DNA of 64,000 bases from an uncultured Clostridium sp. (GTDB taxonomy: Bacteria > Bacillota > Clostridia > Lachnospirales > Lachnospiraceae). The first letter of the stretch is position 1. The number at the start of each line of letters is the position of its first letter. Below are positions 19,769-28,604 of this stretch, piece by piece. The position numbers and the translations under genes were made by a program. Under the pieces are notes generated by a model. That model worked only from the letters and a program-made list of their open reading frames with translations. It was not told the DNA's origin and did no database searches. The stretch spans positions 3,210 through 67,209 of the forward strand of contig CABVBU010000006.1 in assembly GCA_902496665.1 (NCBI GenBank), written 5' to 3'.

Positions 19769-21112
19769 ATGGATTTCAAACAGATGTATCAGGAAAAGCT
19801 GGTTTCCGCAGAGAAGGCAGCTTCCGTAATCAAATCCGGTGACTGGGTGGATTATGGCTGGACAACAGCGACACCGGTTGCTGTCGACAAGGCGATTGCG
19901 AAAAGACTTCCGGACTTAACAGACGTAAACTTCCGCGGCGGTATCTTAATGTGGGTGCCGGAGATCTTCAAGATCGAGAATCCGGCAGAGCATATGACCT
20001 GGAACTCCTGGCATATGGGCGGTATCGAGAGAAAAGCGATCGCGCAGGGCTTCAGCTACTATGCACCGATCCGTTACTCCGAGCTTCCAAGATATTACAG
20101 AGAATCCCAGACCAAGCCGGACGTAGCTGTATTCCAGGTTTCCCCGATGGACGAGCACGGTTTCTTCAACTTCGGACCGAACGCTTCCCATATGGCAGCT
20201 GTATGTGAGACTTCCAAGGTCGTTATCGTGGAAGTGAACGAGAATATGCCGGTATGCTTCGGCGGTACCGAAGAGGGCGTTCATATCTCCCACGTTGACA
20301 TGATCGTTGAAGGTGACAACCCGGCGATCGCTGAGATGGGCGGCGGAGCTGCCGCAACAGATGTTGACCAGGCAGTCGCAAAGCTGATCCTCGAAGAGAT
20401 CCCGGACGGCGCATGCTTACAGCTCGGTATCGGCGGAATGCCGAACGCAGTTGGTGCCCTGATCGCACAGTCCGACTTAAAAGACCTCGGCGTTCACACA
20501 GAGATGTACGTCGACGCTTTCGTTGATATCGCAAAGGCCGGAAAGATCACAGGTGCAAGAAAGAATATTGACAAAGGCCGTCAGGTATACGCTTTCGGCG
20601 CAGGTACAAAGAAATTATACGACTACTTAAATAAGAACCCGGAGTGCATGTCCGCACCGGTAAACTACACAAACGATGTCCGCACGATCGCTGCTCTTGA
20701 CAACTTCATGTCCATCAACAACGCGGTTGACCTCGACCTCTTTGGCCAGGTAAACGCTGAGTCCGCAGGAATCAAGCACATCAGCGGTGCAGGCGGACAG
20801 CTCGACTTCGTTCTCGGTGCATACCTTTCCAAGGGCGGAAAGAGCTTCATCTGCTGCTCTTCCACTTTCAAGAAGAAAGACGGCACCTTAGAGTCCAGAA
20901 TCGTTCCGACACTGGCTCCTGGCTCCATCGTAACCGATACCCGTGCGAACATCCACTGGCTCGTAACTGAATACGGTAAAGTAAACTTAAAGGGTCTCTC
21001 CACATGGCAGAAGACCGAAGCTATCATTTCCGTAGCTCACCCGCAGTTCCGCGACCAGCTGATCGCAGAGGCTGAGAAGATGCATATCTGGAGAGCAAGC
21101 AACAAACGATAA
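19769..21112 (+). CDS. but: Butyryl-CoA:acetate CoA-transferase (4-hydroxybutyrate CoA-transferase/acetyl-CoA hydrolase family)
   Basis: 447 aa from [10 protein letters not shown], with a GAGAGG RBS; the track ORF starts 14 codons earlier. It is divergent from the thl-crt-hbd operon. Confidence 0.9.
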   Translation: MDFKQMYQEKLVSAEKAASVIKSGDWVDYGWTTATPVAVDKAIAKRLPDLTDVNFRGGILMWVPEIFKIENPAEHMTWNSWHMGGIERKAIAQGFSYYAPIRYSELPRYYRESQTKPDVAVFQVSPMDEHGFFNFGPNASHMAAVCETSKVVIVEVNENMPVCFGGTEEGVHISHVDMIVEGDNPAIAEMGGGAAATDVDQAVAKLILEEIPDGACLQLGIGGMPNAVGALIAQSDLKDLGVHTEMYVDAFVDIAKAGKITGARKNIDKGRQVYAFGAGTKKLYDYLNKNPECMSAPVNYTNDVRTIAALDNFMSINNAVDLDLFGQVNAESAGIKHISGAGGQLDFVLGAYLSKGGKSFICCSSTFKKKDGTLESRIVPTLAPGSIVTDTRANIHWLVTEYGKVNLKGLSTWQKTEAIISVAHPQFRDQLIAEAEKMHIWRASNKR

Positions 21113-21124
21113 TCGAATCATGCG

Positions 21125-21154
21125 ACAGGGGCTGTCATTGACAGCCCCTGTTTT
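21125..21154 (+). terminator. Intrinsic terminator after but
   Basis: ACAGGGGCTGTC (21125-21136) pairs with GACAGCCCCTGT (21140-21151), followed by TTTT. Confidence 0.8.
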
Positions 21155-21166
21155 AACTTTTTTCCA

Positions 21167-22072
21167 TTAAACATTCAAAATTGGATTCATAAGCGTAATT
21201 CCGCTCTCCTTGGCAAGCTTCTGTCTGCAGATCTCAAGAAGAGGTTCCTGGTACGGAGATTTATCCTCCGCCCGGTACAGATAATAGATCGTCCGGTTCG
21301 GCGGTTCCACATCAAGCTCGTGGATGGCGGCCGGAGTGGTCCTTAAGATGCTCTTTGCAACGGAGACCGGAAGGAATGCCCAGTTATCTCCATTCTGGGT
21401 GAAGTACTGTAAAAATCCCATCTCATCCAGAAAAACACTCGGCACCGCCGCGCTTCCGAAGTAATAATTGTGCCAGGAATCAAAGTTTTGATCCCACTGG
21501 GTGCGGATCTCCCGACGGGGATCCAGCTCAGAGATCCTGATATTGTGGGGAAGATTTAGTTCCTTTCCGACTACAAGGCAGAGCTTCTCCTTAAACAGGA
21601 TTTCTGTCTTTACCTGGGACGAGTACATGGGGTCTGTGATAAAAGCGATATCCACGGTCTTATTGTTCACATAGTTGTAGGCATCGCTGGAATGCAGTGT
21701 CGTCACATGAAGACTGCATTCCGGGGTATCCTTCATAAATTCCTGGAATACATTCGGCAGCATGAAGGCGAGAAGACTTCCCACACTGGCTACATAAAAG
21801 CTTTTCTCGTTTCCCAGAAGAACCTCCTCCTTGGTCTCATTCCAGAGCGCCTGCCAGCGATGGGCGATTCCGACGAAAGCACGTCCCTGTCTCGTAAGTT
21901 CCACATGGCGGACACCCTTATTTCGAATAAACAGGGAATATCCAAGTTCCTCCTCCAGCGCCCGGATCCTTCGACCCAGAGCCGGCTGTGTGATATATAA
22001 TTTCTCTGCCGCAGCGGAAAAGCTTCCGCACTGGGCGATCTTTAAAAATGCCTCGATCTCCAGAAATGTCAT
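21167..22072 (-). CDS. LysR family transcriptional regulator
   Basis: 301-aa ORF with the HTH segment FSAAAEKLYITQPALGRRIRALEEELG. Confidence 0.9.
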   Translation of the reverse strand: MTFLEIEAFLKIAQCGSFSAAAEKLYITQPALGRRIRALEEELGYSLFIRNKGVRHVELTRQGRAFVGIAHRWQALWNETKEEVLLGNEKSFYVASVGSLLAFMLPNVFQEFMKDTPECSLHVTTLHSSDAYNYVNNKTVDIAFITDPMYSSQVKTEILFKEKLCLVVGKELNLPHNIRISELDPRREIRTQWDQNFDSWHNYYFGSAAVPSVFLDEMGFLQYFTQNGDNWAFLPVSVAKSILRTTPAAIHELDVEPPNRTIYYLYRAEDKSPYQEPLLEICRQKLAKESGITLMNPILNV

Positions 22073-22386
22073 GAACAGTGTCCCTTCTTCTATATTTTAT
22101 GTAGTTTCAACCTTGTTATAATGTTAATGTTTATTTACATAATATCAAAGCAATAAACATTTTACAATTATATTTTGATATATTATGCTTTAGCCATAGA
22201 CAAAACGTAACCAATATACATCCAGAAAGTTGCGAGCTGCCTGATCCATTCAGACCTCACGGAATCAGACCTGAATTCCATGGAATGCATCACATGCAAT
22301 AACGCAGACGGTGCATTCCATTTAAATGTTAAGTTGTATTAACATTTAATATAATATTTTATCACTTTTAATTTTCCCATAACTAT

Positions 22387-22415
22387 TTTACTTTCCTGCA
22401 AAACCATGCTATAAT
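22387..22415 (+). promoter_or_regulatory. Extended -10 promoter with no downstream ORF (orphan)
   Basis: TTTACT (22387-22392), a 17-nt spacer ending in TGC, then TATAAT (22410-22415), giving the extended form TGCTATAAT. Confidence 0.45.
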
Positions 22416-22490
22416 GTTTGAATGGAAGGAAGAGCCGCACCAACTCTTCCCGAAACTTTCTTCTCATTATATTATAACGCGATATTTAAA

Positions 22491-22546
22491 ACGCACAGCC
22501 GCCTTGGAACGATAATTGGGGTATCGTCCATGGCGGCTGTGTTCGT
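22491..22546. other. Long perfect-stem hairpin in the lysR/gltS spacer
   Basis: CACAGCCGCC pairs with GGCGGCTGTG, with an inner ACGATA/TATCGT stem. On the minus strand it is followed by TTTTAAAT, so it may be a second gltS terminator. Confidence 0.6.
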
Positions 22547-22598
22547 TATAAAAGAAGCAGATCAAGTGCTTCAGACATCTGCGCGCGAGTGCGCATTG

Positions 22599-22652
22599 AA
22601 AAAGGACCCTTCCGCCGGAACATACCCCAGGATTCCGGCGGGGGCCCTTTTT
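22599..22652. terminator. Bidirectional intrinsic terminator at the 3' end of gltS
   Basis: GGACCCTTCCGCCGGAA pairs with TTCCGGCGGGGGCCC, flanked by AAAAA upstream and TTTTT downstream. Confidence 0.75.
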
Positions 22653-22685
22653 CAAGAGTTACAATCTAAGATCCCAGATTGGATC

Positions 22686-23876
22686 TTACAGGAAGTTCAT
22701 AAATGTCGTAATAATAAGCGCATTGAAGAAGTCGATAAACAAGCTTCCTACAAGCGGCACTACGAAGTATGCGGTCGGAGCCGGACCATACTTTCCGGTG
22801 ATTGCCTGCATGTTAGCCATAGCATTCGGTGTAGCACCCATACCAAATCCGCAGAAGCCGGATGTCATAACTGCCGCGTCGTAGTTCTTTCCGAGAAGGT
22901 TGAATACTACGAAGTAAGCGAATACTGCCATGAGAACTGTCTGTGCCGCGAGCATTACGATCATCGGAAGAGCAAGCTCTGCAAGCTGCCATAACTTTAA
23001 TCCCATCATTGCGAGACCAAGGAATAAGGAAAGAGAGAAGCTTCCGATCGTGCTGATCTCTTCCATCGGCATATCTTTGTGGGTTGCGTCAACAACGTTA
23101 CGGATGATAGCGGCAACAACCATTGCTCCGATGTAGCTCGGGAATGTCATTAACTTGTTAAGGAATAAAGAAACGATCGTGCCGGCACCGATTGCGATTG
23201 CAAGGTATAATGCGCTGTCCAGGAATCTTCTGGAATCGATCGCGCCGGTAACTTCGTTCTTATCAACTGTAACCTCATCGCTGCCGGTAGCAGTCTCTGT
23301 GGACTTTAAGTTCAGGGAATGGATACGACGGTAAGCGAGCGGTCCGCCGATCACACAGCCGGCAACAAGACCGAAGGTTGCGGATGCGATCGCAACCGCG
23401 TTAGCGCCTGCGACACCGGCTTCCTCAAGAACCGGTCCAAATGCGCCTGCGGTACCATGTCCGCCGACCATCGGGATGGAACCAACCGCAAGACCAAGTC
23501 TCGGGTCGAGATGGAAAGCACCGGCAAGTACAGCGCCAAGACCATTCTGAAGAGCAACCATGATAATGGAAACTAACAGGAATAAGAGTACCTGAACGCC
23601 GCCCTTCTTTAAGAGACGGAAACATGCAGTGTAACCAACACTACAGAAGAATACAGTCATGAAGAAGGACTGTAATGTGTTGTCGAAGGAGATCTCTAAG
23701 ATTCCTGCGGATCTTAAGATCAGGTGAACAACAGCGTAAACAACGCCGCCGACAACCGGTTCAGGAATACAGTATTTTGTTAAGAATGGGATCTTGCTTA
23801 CAAGGAAACGTCCAAGAAGCAGGACCAGTGCAGCAACTGCAACTGCCTGATACATGTTGAGCTCGATTTGTAACAT
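22686..23876 (-). CDS. gltS: Sodium/glutamate symporter
   Basis: GltS-like polytopic protein. I set the start at MLQIELNMYQ (GGAGG 9 nt upstream); the track ORF extends 21 codons further upstream. Confidence 0.88.
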   Translation of the reverse strand: MLQIELNMYQAVAVAALVLLLGRFLVSKIPFLTKYCIPEPVVGGVVYAVVHLILRSAGILEISFDNTLQSFFMTVFFCSVGYTACFRLLKKGGVQVLLFLLVSIIMVALQNGLGAVLAGAFHLDPRLGLAVGSIPMVGGHGTAGAFGPVLEEAGVAGANAVAIASATFGLVAGCVIGGPLAYRRIHSLNLKSTETATGSDEVTVDKNEVTGAIDSRRFLDSALYLAIAIGAGTIVSLFLNKLMTFPSYIGAMVVAAIIRNVVDATHKDMPMEEISTIGSFSLSLFLGLAMMGLKLWQLAELALPMIVMLAAQTVLMAVFAYFVVFNLLGKNYDAAVMTSGFCGFGMGATPNAMANMQAITGKYGPAPTAYFVVPLVGSLFIDFFNALIITTFMNFL

Positions 23877-23945
23877 AGTTTTTATACCTCCATACCTTTT
23901 ATGACAAGAGTATAAGAATGTCCCTTCAAAAAACTTCATAAAGTT

Positions 23946-23961
23946 ACAAAAAGTTACAAAA
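23946..23961 (-). promoter_or_regulatory. Direct repeat TTTTGT-N4-TTTTGT upstream of gltS; candidate GlnL-type response-regulator site
   Basis: On the minus strand the sequence reads TTTTGTAACTTTTTGT, 70-85 nt upstream of the gltS ATG. A second direct repeat, TTGTTAAG x2, lies just upstream. Confidence 0.45.
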
Positions 23962-24045
23962 ATTACTTAACAAAATTTTAGCAGTTCTTAACAAGTTTTC
24001 TGTATACAGTCAGAGGAAACCTGTGAAATTTTTCTGAAACAGTAA

Positions 24046-24076
24046 GAAAAAGCGCCGGGAAACCAACGTTCCGGCG
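24046..24076 (-). terminator. Intrinsic terminator after the two-component operon
   Basis: On the minus strand, CGCCGGAACG and TTTCCCGGCG form the stem, followed by CTTTTT. Confidence 0.65.
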
Positions 24077-24188
24077 TATAGAAATGAGCGCATCTTAGTA
24101 TGCAGTCATACTAAATACAGCTGTATTCCGCGGCCCCGCAGTCAGAAAACCTGGCCGCCAGACTTCTGTGGATAACACGAAATTTCCG

Positions 24189-25031
24189 CTATCGTTCTAC
24201 TTCCAGCATCAGCCCGTCGATAAACTTCTTGATGCTGACCTTGCCCCCGGAGGTACGCTTTCCTCTCAGGTAATCCATCTCCGCCTTCACATCCTCAAAG
24301 GAGAACAGCGTCCCGGAATAGAGCGTATATGTCTCATTCATGAAGTCCTCGATCCCCATGTGGGCGATATTGGACATGCCTGCCGCGATGGTCCGCCGGA
24401 TCCTCTGTTCCATGTTCTTCGGAGAATCGCTGACCGCCTCGCACATCTGGGCGACACTCAAGCTTGAGACTGGAATGCGGTTTTCATGGAGATATTCACA
24501 GATCTTGATGATATCCGGACATCCCTTCTCACCAGACATTCCGACCCGGTTCAGGACATACTTTAATTTTCTTCCATAATCATCTGCCTTCGGCTTATTG
24601 TCCTTCGGCATATGGTCGATCTCATTCATGAACATCTTGCGGATATTCGCCAGAGTGTATTCATTCATGATCTGGTGTTCCACATTTTTTAAGACAGAGC
24701 GGACCTCGATGAGATTGATGGGCTTGCTGATAAAGAAATCGATCCCCGCGCTGTAGGCCTTGCTGATCAGCTCCTTCGCGGACACCTGGGAGATCATGAT
24801 GCATTTGATCGTGGTGTTCACTGCCCGCAGCTCCTTCACAAATTCCACGCCGTCCTTCACCGGCATAAAAAAGTCAACGAGGACAACGTCCGGCTTTGCC
24901 CGCAGCACATCGGTAATATTCGCCGGCTCTCCACCACAGTCTCCGCAGATCTCCCCGAGCTCCTGCGTCTCGATAATATCTTCCAGAATGTTGATGACAG
25001 ACAGATCGTCCTCTACAATATAGATTCTCAT
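24189..25031 (-). CDS. Response regulator with a YcbB/GlnL-type C-terminal domain
   Basis: CheY-like receiver (MRIYIVEDD ... VLVDFFMPVKDG ... SKP) followed by a non-OmpR, non-NarL output domain resembling B. subtilis GlnL (YcbB). Confidence 0.8.
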   Translation of the reverse strand: MRIYIVEDDLSVINILEDIIETQELGEICGDCGGEPANITDVLRAKPDVVLVDFFMPVKDGVEFVKELRAVNTTIKCIMISQVSAKELISKAYSAGIDFFISKPINLIEVRSVLKNVEHQIMNEYTLANIRKMFMNEIDHMPKDNKPKADDYGRKLKYVLNRVGMSGEKGCPDIIKICEYLHENRIPVSSLSVAQMCEAVSDSPKNMEQRIRRTIAAGMSNIAHMGIEDFMNETYTLYSGTLFSFEDVKAEMDYLRGKRTSGGKVSIKKFIDGLMLEVER

Positions 25032-26326
25032 AATTCTTCCTCCACAAGGGAATCTGCCGGGATCGTGACGGTAAAGGTAGTTCCGTTACCCTGCTGCGAT
25101 TCTACTTCAATGGTTCCCTTAAACTGTTCCTCCACGGTCATTTTTACCCCATAAAGGCCGACACCGCGGAAGATATTTCCGGTCTTATGGTCAAATTTCG
25201 TTGAATATCCCATTTTAAAAATGTTCGGCAGATGGCGCGGTGAGATTCCCGGTCCGTCATCTGTGACGCGGAAAATATATCTGCCGTCCCGGAGATGTTC
25301 CTCGATGCAGATCATTCCTGTCTTCCGGTCAGATTCGATCGCCTCAATGGCGTTGTTGACAAGATTTTTTAAAACTGCCATGAGCTCATAGTGTTCCTCC
25401 GTCATAAAGTTGTCGGAACAGCGGAACTCCAGCTGGATATGGACATTTTTCGCCTCCAGCATGTGATAGGTCGTATCCTCTAAGATCTTTAAGATATCAT
25501 GGAAGCTCATGCGCTTCTCATCGTACTCCTCGGAGATCTCCTCCTCAATTCCCTGGATGATGCGGATATAGTCCTTTTTGATCTCATGGACATCCCTCGC
25601 GATGGCGAGGGACATGTGCTTCATGTCATCCGGCACATCCATCTCATTTAACTTCTCGTAGAGTTTGTAGGCGTTCGCCATGACAGACTCGATCTCCTCG
25701 GAGTTCTTCCGCATAAAGTAGATCTCGTTTTTTAATCCCGTCGTCATAAGAAACAGGCGACGGTAACGGTTTTCGTGCTCCTCATTCTTTAAAAGCGTCC
25801 GGTAATGGCTCTCCGCCATTAAGATCAGTCCCGCGAGAAACGTGCGGAATAGCGCGATCAGGAGAAGATATCCGGCTTTATCCGGCGTCATGGTGTGAAG
25901 AGCGCTCTCGGAAATGCAGAGTTCCACCAGATTTGAGCCGAAGTCGGCGAAAAAAACGGCCGGAAACAGGCGGCTGAATGACACCGTGTGCTTTCCCGGA
26001 ACGACAGCGTTAAAGATGATCCCGTAACAAACATAGAATACTGCGTTCGGAAATACATTTTCTATAGAAGAAACAAGTCCGACTCCACCGTGGGCCGCAA
26101 CGGCAAGGCGAAAGGTAAAGACAATGACCGCCGTCACCGAGCATGTCGCCGTTGTGGAAAGATTCTTTCCCAGCGTCATGAGAAGTACCGGAAGCGCAAT
26201 GACGGAGGTGGAGATCCTGAAATTAATTACAAAAACATTCCAGTAGAGCTGGGATACCAGCGCCACGATCATGCCGATCAGAATCATCCGCTTCAGTTTT
26301 CTGGATCTTTTGCTGCTGTTTGTCAT
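25028..26326 (-). CDS. Sensor histidine kinase (GlnK/YcbA-like; multi-TM sensor, SpoOB-type dimerisation domain, GHKL ATPase)
   Basis: About 6 N-terminal TM segments, an H-box IARDVHEIKKDY, and N/G boxes (LVNNAIEA; DDGPGI; GVGLYG). It overlaps the response-regulator gene by 4 nt. Confidence 0.85.
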   Translation of the reverse strand: MTNSSKRSRKLKRMILIGMIVALVSQLYWNVFVINFRISTSVIALPVLLMTLGKNLSTTATCSVTAVIVFTFRLAVAAHGGVGLVSSIENVFPNAVFYVCYGIIFNAVVPGKHTVSFSRLFPAVFFADFGSNLVELCISESALHTMTPDKAGYLLLIALFRTFLAGLILMAESHYRTLLKNEEHENRYRRLFLMTTGLKNEIYFMRKNSEEIESVMANAYKLYEKLNEMDVPDDMKHMSLAIARDVHEIKKDYIRIIQGIEEEISEEYDEKRMSFHDILKILEDTTYHMLEAKNVHIQLEFRCSDNFMTEEHYELMAVLKNLVNNAIEAIESDRKTGMICIEEHLRDGRYIFRVTDDGPGISPRHLPNIFKMGYSTKFDHKTGNIFRGVGLYGVKMTVEEQFKGTIEVESQQGNGTTFTVTIPADSLVEEEL

Positions 26327-26541
26327 GATAGTTTCCCTTTACTTATAAAAAAAGAACATACCCCGCGCATGTCAGCGCCGAGTGCGTCTGTTTACGGCAA
26401 GCCGCATAATTTTTGCCTGCAAAAACTCATAATATAATGATACGTTATTGTTAAAAAAAAGTCAACGAGGCAAGGGTTAAGAATCTTTCGTCAGGCATCC
26501 AGAAATTGTACGAAAAATAGGATGAAACTTTATTTTTTGTA

Positions 26542-26570
26542 TTGTAAGTTTTCACTCCTTCGATTATAAT
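26542..26570 (+). promoter_or_regulatory. Sigma-A type promoter of the aminotransferase gene
   Basis: TTGTAA (26542-26547), a 17-nt spacer, then TATAAT (26565-26570). Confidence 0.55.
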
Positions 26571-26652
26571 AGAGACACAGGGGACAGATACCGTTAAGGG
26601 GTTAGCGGTATCGTTAAAAAATCGTAAATCTGAATTTGAGGAGGAAACTGAC

Positions 26653-27933
26653 ATGAAACCATACCGCGAAATGTCAAAAGAAGAACTTGCGTCCTTAAAG
26701 GAACAGCTCGAGGCAGTCTACAAAGAGTACCAGGGAAAGAATTTAAACCTGAATATGGCCCGTGGCAAGCCATGCAAAGAGCAGCTTGACCTCTCCCTTC
26801 CGATGATGGACATCTTAAACAGCTCCAGCGACTATATCTCTGCTGACGGTGATGTGAGAAACTACGGAATCCTGACTGGTATTCAGGAAGCAAAAGAGTT
26901 AATGGGCGCTATGATGGGTTCTCCGGCTGAGAACATCGTTATGTACGGCAACGCAAGCCTGACTCTGATGTTCGATACTGTAAGCCGCGCCTGGACACAC
27001 GGCGTATGCGGAAGCACTCCGTGGTGCAAACTTGACAAGGTAAAATTTCTTTGCCCGGTTCCGGGATATGACAGACACTTCGCGATCACACAGTATTTCG
27101 GTATCGAGATGATCAATATCCCGATGACAGAGAGCGGTCCGGATATGGATCTCGTTGAGAAATATGTCAACAACGATGAGACCGTAAAAGGTATCTGGTG
27201 CGTTCCGCTTTACTCCAACCCGTCCGGACAGTCCTACTCCGACGAGACTGTAAAGAGATTCGCGAACTTAAAACCGGCAGCAAAAGATTTCAGGATCATC
27301 TGGGATAACGCTTACTGCGTACACCATTTACACCCGGATCATCCGGATCATATTCTCGATATTCTCTCCGAGTGCGAGAAGGCAGGAAATCCGGATATGG
27401 TATACAAGATCGGTTCCACAGCGAAGATCACATTCCCGGGTTCCGCGATCTCCGCGATCGCTACTTCCAAGGCGAATATCGAAGACATGAAGAAACAGAT
27501 GAACGTACAGTTTATCAGCCATGATAAGATCAACCAGCTCCGTCATGTCCGCTTCTTCAAGAACCTCGATGGCATCAAGGCTCAGATGGCGAAACATGCC
27601 GCAATCCTCTGCCCGAAATTCGAGGCTGTTGACGAGATCTTAAATAAGGAGCTCGGCGGACTTGAGATCGGTAAGTGGACAAAACCGAACGGCGGATATT
27701 TCATATCCTTCGATTCCCTCGACGGATGCGCAAAGGCGATCGTTGCAAAGTGTAAAGACGCTGGCGTTGTTATGACAGGCGCAGGCGCAACCTTCCCATA
27801 TGGCAAGGACCCGCACGATTCCAATATCCGTATCGCTCCGTCCTTCCCGACACTTGAGGACTTAAAGCTTGCGGCTGAGATCTTCTGCGTATGCGTAAAA
27901 CTTGTAAGCATCGATAAGCTGCTTGCTGAATAA
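26653..27933 (+). CDS. PLP-dependent aminotransferase (aspartate-aminotransferase-like, PF12897-type)
   Basis: 426-aa fold-type I aminotransferase-like ORF with a GAGGAGG RBS. Confidence 0.8.
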   Translation: MKPYREMSKEELASLKEQLEAVYKEYQGKNLNLNMARGKPCKEQLDLSLPMMDILNSSSDYISADGDVRNYGILTGIQEAKELMGAMMGSPAENIVMYGNASLTLMFDTVSRAWTHGVCGSTPWCKLDKVKFLCPVPGYDRHFAITQYFGIEMINIPMTESGPDMDLVEKYVNNDETVKGIWCVPLYSNPSGQSYSDETVKRFANLKPAAKDFRIIWDNAYCVHHLHPDHPDHILDILSECEKAGNPDMVYKIGSTAKITFPGSAISAIATSKANIEDMKKQMNVQFISHDKINQLRHVRFFKNLDGIKAQMAKHAAILCPKFEAVDEILNKELGGLEIGKWTKPNGGYFISFDSLDGCAKAIVAKCKDAGVVMTGAGATFPYGKDPHDSNIRIAPSFPTLEDLKLAAEIFCVCVKLVSIDKLLAE

Positions 27934-27964
27934 TCGTGGATCGAATAGAATATTGAAAAAAGAG

Positions 27965-28007
27965 GGACTGGCAGCCGGTAATTCGGCTGTCAGTCCTTTA
28001 CTTTTTT
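27965..28007 (+). terminator. Intrinsic terminator after the aminotransferase gene
   Basis: GGACTGGCAGCCG pairs with CGGCTGTCAGTCC, followed by TTTACTTTTTT. Confidence 0.8.
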
Positions 28008-28057
28008 GCGTTGGTATACTAAAATGAAAAAGACTATCATGAAAGCGGTATACTGTT

Positions 28058-28483
28058 ATGAATAATGAAAAAGAAAAGAAAACAGGACTGGCAAGGGAAG
28101 GCATTTCCTATCTGATCTTCGGTGTCCTGACGACGGTGATCGACTATGCGATCTCGAATCTTCTATATTATATATGGAAGATGGATCCCATTCCGGCCCA
28201 GACCATCGCATGGGTGGCGGCGGTGCTGTTCGCCTTTGTGACGAATAAGTGGTGGGTATTTGAGAGCCATACGTTAAATCCTGCAAGAGTCTGGAAGGAA
28301 TTTGTATCCTTCGTGCTCTGCCGGGTAGCAACGTTTTTATTCAACCTGGCGGCACTGTACGTCATGGTGGATCTTATGAAGATGGAGTTCTTTGTATGCA
28401 AGCTTGTGATCTCTGTAGTGGTCGTTGTGCTGAACTATGTGTTCAGTAAGATCCTGATCTTTACCGGCGATAAGAAAAAATGA
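28058..28483 (+). CDS. GtrA family membrane protein
   Basis: 141-aa ORF with 4 TM segments and a GtrA-like layout. Confidence 0.8.
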   Translation: MNNEKEKKTGLAREGISYLIFGVLTTVIDYAISNLLYYIWKMDPIPAQTIAWVAAVLFAFVTNKWWVFESHTLNPARVWKEFVSFVLCRVATFLFNLAALYVMVDLMKMEFFVCKLVISVVVVVLNYVFSKILIFTGDKKK

Positions 28484-28604
28484 TGACAATCCTACAGTTT
28501 TATATATCTGCTTCACTAAAGCTTGGAAAATTATCTGTTTTGGATGTACGCAGCAGAAAAGGCTGGAAAGAAATTCATTCTAAAAATAGAGGAGTTTTTA
28601 CTGT

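Noticed and set aside
22420-22660. Tried to assign the structured region to a known RNA: SRP/4.5S, 6S, tmRNA, RNase P or a T-box.
   Set aside because: None of the signature motifs I remember are present: GGAAGCAGC-type SRP domain IV, the T-box GGTGGTACCGCG, and the RNase P GAGGAAAGTCC. I left it unassigned.
22422-22994. 190-aa plus-strand ORF in the track.
   Set aside because: It has no SD and it reads through a strong bidirectional terminator. Beyond that it runs antisense to the well-supported gltS gene. The composition looks like non-coding and antisense translation.
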